A DNA stretch of 64,000 nucleotides from the human T2T-CHM13v2.0 reference genome, Homo sapiens: NCBI RefSeq assembly GCF_009914755.1, contig NC_060933.1. One strand, written 5' to 3'. A program made the position numbers and the translations under genes. The notes under the pieces were generated by a model, which worked only from the letters and a program-made list of their open reading frames with translations, had not been told where the DNA came from and ran no database searches. Numbering within the stretch: position 1 is the stretch's first letter; every line of letters starts with the position of its first letter. Below are positions 46,907-64,000 of this stretch, one piece after another.

Positions 46907-49470
46907 TTCTTCCATTTGTTTAGTTGGAAAGGGAAGGCATATATTGAGATGCTTTTGAAAGTTTCTTCCAGTTCTAACAGTCTATGCATTTTTTAAAACC
47001 ACCTATGCATCTTGAATTTTAATTGTGTCATCTAGAACTTTCTGTTATGGAGTGTATGACTTTGAAAATATCATCAAATATGGTCAGACATCAAAATGGT
47101 CAGTGTGTGTGTGTGTTCCACGATAGGATGGATGTAAAAATAAGGCATATCTCATCCATCCGAATAGTGAGGCAAAGTGATTGGGAAGGGGTGAGTTCTT
47201 GTTACGTGGTTCCAGTAACTTCAACCCCTAATGCTGATAAAATTTAGAAAAACAGCTCACATATGAAACTATCAATTTATTTTCTCTGCAGAGATGCTTT
47301 TGAGTAACTTTCATAGGAAATGAAAGACGGGATAAATTAGCCAAAAATAATGTTTCTTGGTGAAAAGAACAGATTTTAAGCATTTGAATTTTATTCCCTA
47401 AATTAAAGCAGTACTTTCTTAAATTAATTTTTTGAGACAGGGTCTCGCTATGTTGCCCAGGCTATTCTCAAACTCCTGGGCTCAAGGGATCCTCCTGCCT
47501 CAGCCTCCCAAGTAGCTGGGATACAGGCAAGCGCCACCATGCCCAGCTAAAGCAGCACCTTTACACCCGGTAGGTGATATGGTAGCAAACGGCTAGCCTG
47601 TTAAAGGGCAGTATTATTTTCATAACAATTTTCTTAAGTCTGGTGCTTGCGTACCTGTAGAGACAGAAGTAGGTAGTGGATAGAAATATGGGGTAGCTAG
47701 ATCTTGGAGTGAAGAATTGGTGTTGGTTACAGGCTAGGAGGATGACCCATTCCTGTCTCAGATACGTTCCTCCTGGTGAATTCAGTTTTCCCCTTGCATG
47801 GTTCATCTAGTTGTAATGAAGGAAACTCATGAAAAGAGATTCGCTTCTCTTTTTTGGCTTTTTAAAAAAGTGCTTATTTATTTGGCATGTAGGTGGTGGT
47901 ATTGTCCAATGACAGTGGGTTTAGGTGAGGCAAATTGAGAAAATATGCTTCAGGAAGTCAACATTGGATGGAGCTATTTCATATCTTGGACCCCTCATTC
48001 TTCCTCAATGATGGGATGATTAGAGGTTGGGTCTAATCTTTAAAGTTGCCCACATTTCTAAAAATGCTGTAATTCTGTGTTCATCTTTCCTGTTCTTCCT
48101 ACATAACCTTGAACTAAAAGCTAAGAGCAAAGGATTCACTGTGATTTGCCGTGGAAGGCAAAAATAAAAAGTATGCGCGCATAATTTAATATTGATATTT
48201 GTATTATTTAGTCTGATCACAGAGGAAATGGGAGCTGATGTCACAGCCTGTCTTGTTTTCCATTTAGATCCCAGGAGGGATTAAAGAGCCATTTCCTTTG
48301 CCTCGACTTCCCAGACAGTACAGTACACATCATTCAGAGTGTACAACCTACTCATAAGAGAATTAAGTGCTTTAATTTTCATCACTGGTGAGGAATTTGT
48401 ATTTGCAAGGTCAGAGATTGACTGATGACTCATGATTGGGGAATAAATCCAACATAAAATCACAGGAAGTTTGTGATTCCTAATTTATAGGGAGCTATAT
48501 AGGCTTTGAGTATTGAACAGTTCAACCCCTTCATTTGGCAGATGGGGAAACTGAGGCCCAAAGGGACGCTAGTTAGAACTGGCTTGGACTAGGATAGGTC
48601 TCTGGGCTCCCAGTTTAGCCCCTTTCCCCATCGTACCTTGTTGGTTTCGATACTTTAACTGTGAATATTCTCATTGACGATCCTCCCCTCAGAAGTAAAG
48701 ATGAAAAGAATGGAGTGTTGTTAAACCCCAGCTTGGGAGGGACAGGATAAGGGGTGGCTGTTACTCATCAATAGACTACAGGCAGCCCTTCTTTCCACAT
48801 TGCCTCACCCATCACCAGTTGTTAATCTGGACTGTGTTATTATCCAGTCCCACACCTCTCCTTCCTCATTCCTTCAGGAGGTGAACATGGCCTGGAATTC
48901 CTAAAATAAACTTGACTTTAAAGTCCACTCAGAACCAAGATGAATGAAATAAGGGTCAGGACAAAGAAAGGACCCTTGGGCTCTCAGTAAGGATTGTTCC
49001 ATGATAGATGCTAACCAGAGTCCTCACCTAGCAGAGAGGATAACTTACTTCTAGAAATTACTGCTCACTAAGGGACAGATGCCTCTTTAGGAAGAGGGGA
49101 CCTTTGAACCTTAAAGGGAGGTAGAATGTTGATAACCTTCACCTCACTGGCATTTGCTTTCTATGACACCCCGTTCTCAGTTCTAACCTTTAGGGCTTTG
49201 TTGTCTGGATAATTCATGAATATTTGATCTCTTGCCATGTAGACTGCAAGCACCTCAAGTACAAGGAACATGTCATCGCTCATTCTTTCATCCTCCAAGC
49301 AACCGAGGACAGGTATTTACATGGTAGAAACTCAGTAAGTACCCCCAAGTGAATGAGTGAATGAATGCATTTCATATCTACTAGTGTTTAGAATTTAAAA
49401 ATTGCTGGCTTTGTATATTAGATTGAAAGGAAATTGTCCCCAAAAGAAATTTCCCTCAAATACTACATAG

Positions 49471-49840
<370 letters not shown>

Positions 49841-50126
49841 TAAAAATCAATTAAATAATTTTAGTCTATCATAGGCAGAGTTATAGAATGAAATTTAAAA
49901 TGTATTTGCTTGTATTTATTTACAGCAATATAATTATATAAAACCCATGTCATACTTTAAATAACTTTCTTTCTTTTATAAAAAAGTATGTTTACTATAA
50001 TAAAATTTAGACAATACAAAAGTAAAGAAAAAAAAAGTAATTCCCCATAATACTACAACCACTCATATTGATGGTAATTCTTTTGGCCTTTCTTCTATCA
50101 TATACATGTACAGCTCTTGCTCTTTC

Positions 50127-50127
<1 letters not shown>

Positions 50128-50159
<32 letters not shown>
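50128..50159. repeat. (TG)n microsatellite
   Basis: Read directly. Confidence 0.95.
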
Positions 50160-50161
<2 letters not shown>

Positions 50162-50837
50162 TGTAGGCATATATATATAATATATATATCTCCACACGCA
50201 TTTATATCTGTGTATTTTTACAAAAATAGAACATTTAGTATATGCTGTTTTTACCTGCATTTTTCATTAAGTGATATTGACTGTCTTCCTATATCTTTAA
50301 ATATTCCTCTAAACATCATTAATGATGGCTGTATGGCATTCCAGTATATGGATTTACCATAATTTATTTACTAAATCTCTTCCTTTGGGTATTCAGTTGC
50401 TTACATATTTTCTCTATAAATAATACTTCAGTGAACATCCTTGTAGCACTTATTTTGTGCACACTTAAAAATTTCCCTGATCATTAGAATTACTACCTTA
50501 AATTCAGAGTTCTCAGTTTTTCCTAGTGACCCTCTTTTTTCTGAGGAATAGGGCACACTCTGGCCAAGGGTGTAGATGTCAGGTCTCCAGGCCTTTAGAA
50601 CTACAAACAAGGAAATGGGAGATTTTGTTTTTAGAAGAGGTTTGCTTTCTTGTGCTAGAAGTTATTTTGCAGCAGGAAAAGTAAAATGTACTGAGGGCTT
50701 AGTTTGCATTGACATCATTTAGAGCACATACTAATTTCTAGCCATCTCCCTGCAGAGGTTAGAGCTGATTTTGCCATCATTCCCATCCCATCCCCATTAC
50801 ACAAAAGACACATGCATACGTTATGAAAATGTGCTTA

Positions 50838-51212
<375 letters not shown>

Positions 51213-51313
51213 TTATAAATCGTAGCTACTACTAATAACAAGACATAATTTTTCAGTAGAAAAATTATGAATTGAGCATACTCTAAATGGAGCAAGTAAT
51301 TTTTTTTTTTTTA

Positions 51314-52084
<771 letters not shown>

Positions 52085-52594
52085 ACCTCCTATTTATTCT
52101 GCAGCCTAAGGACAGGTTGGGCTTTTGGCCCCATCTGTTCTCTGAAACTCCTCCTTTGAGAGAAATCCTTATTGCCAAATCCAGGAGATTCTTGTGGGCC
52201 TCAAACCCTCTGCAGCATTTGACACTATTCGCCACATGGCCTTTTCAGGAAAGCTCTCCCCTCTTAGCCTCAGGGATACCACATTCTCTAGCTTTCTTTT
52301 CACCTCACTAGATGCTCCATAGCCTCCTTCCACACTCTTCCTTGGGTCACACTTAAATGGCAGCATTCTTTAAGGACCTCTCCTGGATCCCCTTCTCTTC
52401 TGTACCCATGGGCAATCTTGCCTGGCCTCAAATGCCATCTTTAGGCTAATGATTTACCACATATGTCACCAGCTCACTTCTCTCCAGAAACACAGAGGTG
52501 TATATCCAACCGACCTCCTAACTTCACTGTCTTCTCAGATGTCCCATGGGTACACACTTCACCTGTTCAAGGCAGAACCAATCCTCTTCCCATC

Positions 52595-52939
52595 TGTCTT
52601 AATCCATTTGGGGCTGCTATTACAGAATATCTGAGACTGGGTAATTTATGAAGAACGGAAGTTTATTTTCTCTCAGTTATAACGAGACTGGGAAGTCCAG
52701 GATCAAGGTGCTGGCATCTGGTCCAGTGAGGGCCTTCTTGCTGTATCCTCACATGACAGAAGGTGGGAGGGCAAGAGAATGCCCACTCCTGAAAGCCCTT
52801 TCATAAGAGCACTAATTCATTCAAGAGGGTGGAGCCCTCATGACCTAAATCTCCCATTAGACTCCACCTCCTAATACTGTTGCATTGGGGATTAAATTTT
52901 CAACACATGAAATTTTGGTCACACATTCAAACCATAGCA
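52595..52939 (-). mobile_element. Solo MaLR LTR (MSTD/MLT1A-like)
   Basis: tgtcttaatccatttgg...cattcaaaccatagca; similar to the LTR at 4014-4681. Confidence 0.8.
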
Positions 52940-53469
52940 CTCTTCTAATCAATCTTAACTCTTATGCTGTCTAGCCCAATGACTGGCACTACCATCCATT
53001 CCCTCTGGTTGTTAAAGCCAGAAATCTGGGAGTCAACTTGACTCTTGCCCCACCCATAGGCCCTACCTTGAATTAACCACTAAGTTTTGTTGATTCTATC
53101 TCCTTAATATCTCCAAAAGTCATAATATTCTTTCTGTTCCCACTACTACCACTTTTGCTCAGGCCACCCATTAATTGGTCTTTATTCTGTCTTATCCTCC
53201 CTAGTGCGTTGTCTACCTTGCAGCCTGAGTGATCTTCCTAAATATACATTTTATAGTGCAAAGACCCAAAGCAAAGAGTTTGGTGAGCTCAGGGAACATC
53301 CAGCAGATCGGTGTATGGAGATAGAGGCGGGAGGTTGAGTGGGAAAAGAGAAGAATAGAGGAAGAGTGAAGAAGAGGCAACAGGTTGAGGAAGAGAGTAA
53401 AAAGGGATGATGTTGGTGGGAAGATAGGTCTTTGCACATGAATTCTTTCTGATTAAAATTCCTTTTCCT

Positions 53470-53984
<515 letters not shown>

Positions 53985-55343
53985 TCACCTTAGATATCAC
54001 CTTTTCCAAAAAGTCTTTACTAGTTTAGTTAATGGTTACTTGCCAGTGCTGGTTCCTTAGTTGTAACCATGGTACCACTGTAATACAGGATGTTAATACT
54101 GGGGAGACCAGGGTGAGAAGTATATGGAATTCTCTGCACTATCTTTGCAACTTTGCTATCAATCTTAAACTATTCTAAATAAAAAGGTCATGAAAAAAAT
54201 TCCACTAGCTCTCCTGTGCTGGCTTAGCTGCTGCTTCTGTGTGTCTATGAGACCTGTGCCTACTCTTGTCCAAGCGTCAAAGCACTTAGCATAATATCTT
54301 ACCATTGTCTATGTGTTTTTCTCTTCCACCAAAATAAGGATGGGAATCACGTCTTCTCATTTTTGTATCTCTCATGCCAACACAGTGCCTAGCAAATGAG
54401 AACTGTTTGGTTATCTCCTAAGTAAATGTTTATCGTAAATAAGTTTATTTTAGGGGGCACTACCAAAGCTCTTATTACAGGGTAACCTGAAATTATAGCA
54501 AAAAAGAACCTAACAGTCTCAGATATTAGAAATGACTTGTAAGCTCTGTTTGCTCCTCAGCATGGAGGACTTGGCAGACCTGTAGTGATGGATATACTTG
54601 AACATCCCGTGCATCCCCACACACAGTGTTTCTGTTTCCGGGAGAGCCACGTGATCCTTGTTCCTCTGAAGGTAAAGAGTCCCAGGCCAGCTGAGCTGGG
54701 TTAGTTCACTCCAGGTGAGCCTCACAGGCTGCTGCCAAATCCCAGGAGGGTGTGGACTGTGTGCGAGTGCAGGAAAGCCAACTAGGGCAAAGGGCAAAAG
54801 AACCAGTTGGAAGAAGAATGACACCACAGGGAGATGAATCTCCAGTTAAGCAATTCTAGTCCCAGCTCTTGCATTAATGAGCTGCGTGACCCTGGCCAAG
54901 TGTCTATCTCTTAGTAGGCGCCAGAGTCCATATCTGTAAAATGAGGGCTTGGATTGGCTGGTCTCTACAGTCTCTTCCAGGATTGATGCTGGGATTTGGT
55001 GATCAGTGTGAAGACTGTGGACACTGGTGGAAGGAAGGAGGTAAGTGTGTGTTAGGAGCATACGGCAACTGAACCATTGGTTTGGGTTAGCAGGCACCAT
55101 GAGCAAAAAAACAAACAAAGCCAAAAAAACGAGTTAGGTCAGAGATGTGTTTAAGTCATCCTGGAAGTAGAGACTTCTGGGACACAATAGTTCGACCGCT
55201 GTGTCTTAAGGATTTAACTCAGATCCATCAGAAGGAAACATTCCTAAGTATTGCAGTGGGGGAGGTGGGTGGCAGAGCAGTTGTGATTTATACTTAATAG
55301 AATGATCATATTTGGGGAGGTTTTTGTGTTTATTGGCTAATAG

Positions 55344-55667
<324 letters not shown>

Positions 55668-57380
55668 GTAATCTCATTATTACATAGTTTTGATTATTTG
55701 CTTTTCACTGAAATTATCTGTAATTTAAGTGTTGGAGATGATGCAAAGAGTACCACCTGGAACTTGGCTGGGGCAGGCATGGCAGCAATGCAGTGTTTTT
55801 GAATGCAACTGTTAAGTGTGCGAATTAAAATTATTTGGAGTTTGAGGCTATGAACTATAAAATCATAAAAATTCAGCATTTTCTTAATCTAAGTGAAAAA
55901 AAATCCAGTTTATTTCAAAGTTTACCTTTCCTGACTAGGTAGTAGTGGCTTTGGTGATTATATTAAAGATTATATTAAAGAAAAGTGTCTATTTGCCTAA
56001 TTGAGTAAATATATTGTAACCAATCATTACTAGTTAAGAAGATCTAGTACCTGGTAGAGAACTTAGGGTGAGTAGAGAAGAAAATAACAGCGTGATTGTT
56101 AAAAATCCTAAGAAGATTCTTTTTGTTCACTGTATCAGAATTTCTGAGAGGTGGGTGGAAACACCCACTTTTGTCCCTGAAAGAACTGGAAATATGTAGT
56201 CACAAGGTATGCTTAGAAGCAGGGGCTTCTTGCTCAGAGCAACTCCTTCCAAATCTGGTCCTCCTTCTGTGTGGACCAGGTTTTCTTTCCTTCTTAGAAA
56301 AATAGTTATGTAATGATTCACTTGTGTTCAGGGATGGTAGAAAATTGCTTAACCTCATAAAGATTTTGGATTTAAATCCTGATGGACAAGGCACCAGCCA
56401 AATGTTAGCGTGAAGATGTGTGTCCTTGGTCCTCAGCATTGAAGTGGGCCAAGAGCAAAGAAAAGACCTTCCTGAAAAATGAGGGAACCAGCCAGAACCA
56501 GGGAGAATGAAGGGAAGTGGGCCAAGCATTAGGGCCGCAGGAAGAGGAGCCAAAACCCCAAAACAGTAATAGTTAGCATTATTGAGCATTTCTGCTGTGC
56601 CAAGCATGGTTCTAAATCATTGAATATAATTCTCACATCAACCCTCTGAGGCAGGCTCTATTATTTCCACTTTACAAATGGAAAAGTCAGGCATAGAGAG
56701 GTTAAATATTCATCCAAGGATAATCAGATAGTACATTGTGGAGCTGGAATACAAATCCAGGCAGTTCCACTGTGGAGTCGTTGCTGTTAGTCACCGTGCT
56801 TCAGTGCATATATAACCTTTTGATATTGTATATGACTTTCAGTCTGTGCTTCCAGTACCCAGCCTGGGGCTGGGAAGGTAATGGACTTTGCTGGATGTTC
56901 CTGAACTGAATGGAACCCAGCAGACTCAGCCTGTGCCCAAACCTGGTACCTGGAGTCTGTGGGAGGCTCTGTTTGGCTCAGCACAATCCTTGGGAGAAGC
57001 AGAATGCTAGTCAGTCCCTGAGGGCTGGCAACAAAGCCCAACCCAGCCAGCTGACAGATCATGGCAGGACTCCCCCTTACTGCATTGAAAGGGGTAGGAA
57101 AAGCATGGGCACTCAAGAACCCAGAGCTGACGGAGATGAGAAAGCAGCCTGGTCATTCCATAGCACATACTGAGAACCCACTCTACACCAGCCCCTGCTC
57201 TGGGCACTAGCCACTGTCAATATAGAATTAGATTGTACATATTCTGTGCCCTAGAGGAGCCCCCTGCTAATGGTGAGAAAGGCCACCTATCTGATAGGAC
57301 TTTGGAAATTGCCTTAGGACCTCTGTCCTGGTTTGTACAGCAGATAAGACTAATTCCAAATCATATTGTCATTCTGGTAG

Positions 57381-57711
<331 letters not shown>

Positions 57712-58730
57712 TTACGGAAGTTTAAATATTCAGCTCACTGCCCACTAACTGAAATCAGGAGATGGGTTGTATAATCTGTAGACCCCTGGATGAACTTTTT
57801 GGAGCAAGGATGTAGGGGCTAAGGTTATGGCAGGTCTGGGTAGACAGAATCTGCAACAGGACTCTGTAATTAAAATGGCAGTAGAGATGGTTGGATAAGA
57901 GAGGGGAGAAGGAAAGAAACCTGCTCTTGTATTCATAAAACAGTAGGGCATATTTATCCCGGTGGAAGAGGGCATTTATTCTGTGTGCCAGCCATGGAAC
58001 CATCTATTGGATCAAGCCTCTTGAGTGATGAAAAAATTGTTGTAGACTAGGGACTTATTTGGTGATGAAAGTGATGTCTGATTTGCTTGTTGTACTGGTG
58101 GCATTCTTTGTATTGCCTTGTTTCACTCTCAGAAGTATTCTGGGTTGGATGACAAACTTTATGGTCACACTGCCCATGGACAAAAAGATACCTGTATTTT
58201 TCTGGTGGCCCTGAGTTCTAAATTTTAAAGCCAAAGAGAGGTTGGTGTATAAAGCACCTCTTGCTAAATAGCGTTTTCTTCTGGCACCACCACGCTGAAT
58301 ATGCACAAAACTCTTTTCTTTTCCCTCTTAGCTTGGCTGGAAATATAAAACTAAAATTTACTTTAAAATTAATAGAAAACAAAAAAGATTCCCTTTAAAC
58401 CAGAAAAACAGATACAGGATAGAAATTTATTAAGTTCTTGCCACAGATCAGCTTGACTGGCTCAGTTCAGAATGATCAGTTCCTGGATTGCTTAGCTCTC
58501 CTCCACCTAGAGTTCTGGGACACACAGCCAGAGAGAGGCTGGAGTAGGAGTGTCTGCAGGGAACCATAGATGTAAGGGAGTCCTTGGCCCTTCACATGTC
58601 ATTCTGGGCTATGAGACCCTGAGGGGTTAGTCCTTGACTCCTGGGAGAAGGGAGAAGGGTTTTGTTTTTATTATTTTTTCACATGAAGCCACTGCTTGAA
58701 GCATAGTGACAGTGAATGTAGAAATCATTA

Positions 58731-59027
<297 letters not shown>

Positions 59028-60059
59028 TCATTAGAAACAAAAGAATCCGGGGAAAGGAATGAAAGTGGTGTTTCATGAAGTTTAATTGAGCAATGACCTC
59101 CTCATTAGCAGCAGTCAGTTCAGTTTATGTGACCTCATTTAAGGAAAAAAAACAAGGATTAGGGGAAAAAGCGCCTCCTTTGTGTTACTGTTCCTTCTCT
59201 CTCTCACTGGTACATCCACCTGTATCCTTGTGGTTGTGTTGCCATTGCTAAATTCATCAAACAAGGTCTGTGATTGTATGTGACCTTAGTCATCTATTTG
59301 TTACACAAGCATTTTTGGATTGTTTGAACCATTCAACACCTCTTTCCTTTGCATATAAATGGAGATTAGGAGGATTCTTAATAGGTAGTTATTGAGCATC
59401 AAGCCTGTCATAGATATTAAGGAGAATTACAGGGTCGGGGATTTATAGTCAAAATTCAAAGAGATGTGAAAATAATGAGAAACCTCATGGTTTAGGTTTT
59501 GATGTTAGAAGCTCGCTGCTTCAAAGATCTAGAAATGTGTAATAAAACCATACCAGCTCTTGTTTCTACTTCCCCAACATAAAACAGCTAAAGATCACTG
59601 AATAAATTAATAGACGATAGCAAGAGTGTGTTTCTTCAAGGGAAGTTCCTCTGAGAAGCTTGCTATTTCAGGAAGACATGGGTCGTGGCTTTTGTGAATC
59701 AATTTTAAAAGGAGCCAGATAAACTTGTGGCCAGCGATAACATCTATAGCTATTGAAGGCGAGACGGGGTAGTCAGTTCTCATGCTGCATTGCATTTAAA
59801 CCCTGTGTCACGAAGGCTACGTGAACAGGCTGGGAATGTCTTCCCCACAGGGTCCTTGCTCGTATTCAATTTCTCCTGATAAACTGCCTCATTCTCCATG
59901 TCAAACCCTTTTCAAAGCTTGACATAAATTCTGGGTTGATGAAGTAACATACTGATTATTTAAGAAACATGGCATAACTTATAAGGACTAGGATGCATGC
60001 CCAACTCTTCAAAGTTTTGAACTCTGGGGCCTAGAAACCAATTTCAAAGGCACTGCCTA

Positions 60060-60218
60060 CTTTCTTTCTTTCTCTTCTTTCTCTTTCTTTCTTTTTTTTT
60101 TTCTATCTTTCTCTCTTTCTTTCTTTCCTTCCTTTACATCCTTCCTTCTTTTCTTTTCCTTTCTTCCTTCCCTCCTTCCTTCCTTCTTTCCTTCCTTCCA
60201 CTTTCTTTCTTCCTTCCT
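60060..60218. repeat. Polypyrimidine (CTTT/CCTT) low-complexity tract, tail of a FLAM ending ~60346
   Basis: Read directly. Confidence 0.9.
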
Positions 60219-60629
60219 GAGATGGGGGGAGGGTAGTTGGTCTCACTATGTTGCCCAGGCTGGACTTGAACTCCTGGGCTCAAGTGATCTTCCTATCTCA
60301 GCCTCCCAAGTAGCTGGAACTATAGGCACTTGCCACTGTGCCTGGCAAGACTTAGTTTTCTTTTGCAAATCATTCCTGGGAATTGACACAGAAACAACTT
60401 ATTAATCTTAAAAGCAACCATATTCATAACTTCATAGTAATGATAAAAATACTAAGAGTATTTAAATTTCAATAAGAATAATAGCTGAAATGTATTGGGG
60501 GCGTATTGTGTGCTAGGCCCTGTGTACACTGAAAGTTTCACATGGATTGTCTTGTTTAATCCTCCCAATAATAAGCATTATTATGTAGGTGTTATTATAT
60601 TATCCCAGTTTTACAGATGAATATTATTA

Positions 60630-62100
<1,471 letters not shown>

Positions 62101-62289
62101 GGAAAGTGAGGTTTAGGACTTGCTTGACTTTATTTTATTTTATTTTATTTTTTTAGAGACGGAGTCCCACTCTGTCAAAAAAACAACAACAAAAAACAAA
62201 TGGTATACTGTTTACACTGTCCTATATCTCTCTTTTTCATTTATCATATCATATATGTTAGAGATTGTGTTATATCAGTACATGAATAA

Positions 62290-62605
<316 letters not shown>

Positions 62606-62959
62606 TCACATTCTTTTTTAAACAAAGATACATTGTATTTTATGTATGGACATACTAAAATGTATTTAACCAGTCCCCTATTGATGGACATTTAGGTTGT
62701 TTCCAGTCTTTTTCTGTAACAAATAATGCTGCAGTTAATACCTTTGTGCAAGCATCATTTCACCCATGTAAAAATACGTTTGTAGGATAACTTCCTAGAA
62801 GAGGAGATACTGGGCCAAAGGGTATGTGCATTTGTAATTGTTTTTTTAGCAAAGTCCAGCCCTGCAGTCTAGCATTTGTAATTTTGATAGATATTGCCAA
62901 ATTTCCCTTCTTGACCTTTGTACCAATTTGCATTCTCATCAGCAACGTATGTGAGAGGT

Positions 62960-63110
62960 TAGAAGCTCTTAACCTTGAGTTCACAGACCCTGAAATTGTA
63001 TAAGCAAATTTTTTGTGCTTATGCGAATCTACATGTGCTTCTGCGGACGGCCCCACCTGTCAGCAGATTCTCAAAGGACTCGAAATCTCCCAACAGGTTA
63101 AGAATCATTG
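62960..63110. mobile_element. hAT-Charlie MITE remnant
   Basis: ctcttaacctt...cagattctcaaagg...ggttaagaatcattg terminal motifs. Confidence 0.5.
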
Positions 63111-64000
63111 CTTGCAGGAAGCCTTACTCTTGAAGATCTAATATAAAGAAGGGATTTCTTCAAATTATAAAATGATTTTGAAAGGATTCTGATTTTCAGA
63201 GGGAATCACTAAAAATGTCTTGTGCATTTACAATACAATGAAATTGATGAAATTAAATATGTGCACTTATTTTATTTGGTAGACTCTTTTTTTGCCCAAG
63301 TGTATATTGGTTCTAAGAGGATTTGGAGCAAATCCCACTACAATAAAAGCTATGTGTAACAGAAAGATATTTGAGCCTCCAGGTAATACACCCTTTATTT
63401 CAAATAATAGTAAACCTGTATGCATAGCTTTGGGTTTATATGTTTAAGATGCTGTATTTGGAAACATTTTTGACATACCTTAGTGCACAGAGCTTAATGC
63501 AGAGCTTGGCATACAGTAAGCCTTCAATGTCTATCTTCTGTATTCTTTTTTTCCCTTTACTCCTTATCTTAGAATGTGCAGCATTTCACAGATCTGGTTA
63601 TAATGACATTGGACCTAAAGTGATTCTCTCAGCCTAGGAGAGAGGCCAGTGGCGATTCCCAGTGGATCAGCCTGGGTATAATAGGCTCTTGATTTCCTGA
63701 GCCCTCAGCTCAGTGGTTCTTTCCTCCACTCAGGTCCCAGCACCTATGCAAAATACACTTAAGCCCTTGTCTTCTGCTTCATTTCCTTGACCATTTATAG
63801 GCCTAGAAACCCTGACCTATATCCCAGGGGTGTGATGTGGATTGACCAGTAAACCATTATTAATTGTGAAGTAAACATTCATTATTGTTAGCACTGTTTC
63901 CGGTCTGGGTTCCTGACCTGGAGAGAGAAACTGCTTGCACAGTGGCTCTCTGTGGGAGTTCAGAACACTCACAAACTTATGAGGGGTGTGTCCTCCTTTG

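Overview
Primate, almost certainly human, genomic DNA. I recognise it as the 9p13 FBXO10-TOMM5-(FRMPD1) neighbourhood. The only complete protein-coding gene is TOMM5 (minus strand, two coding exons at 44119-44239 and 40605-40639, 51 aa, polyA signal 40137-40142). A second CpG island at ~27.6-28.3 kb holds a minus-strand first exon with a strong donor at 27916. By known gene order this is FBXO10 exon 1, so 1-27916 would be FBXO10 intron 1; no FBXO10 coding sequence is visible, so this call rests on recalled synteny. The rest is dominated by interspersed repeats: roughly 45-50 Alu/FLAM copies, old L1/HAL1/L2/MIR, a full-length THE1C-like element, MST LTR elements, Tigger2 and MER elements. Nearly all ORFs in the supplied track are repeat-derived or chance frames. 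I see no new protein-coding, CRISPR-like or RNA-gene system. The best leads are cis-regulatory and structural: (i) a full CTCF core-plus-upstream-module motif between FBXO10 and TOMM5; (ii) three separate local duplications that each multiply transcription-factor motifs around FBXO10 (octamer x2; NF-kB/STAT x2; DR1/E-box/RUNX x5); (iii) an open reading frame across FBXO10 exon 1; (iv) candidate plus-strand exons at 54.5-55.0 kb; and (v) several templated-insertion scars. All are motif-level hypotheses. Repeat boundaries and subfamily names were read by eye and are approximate.
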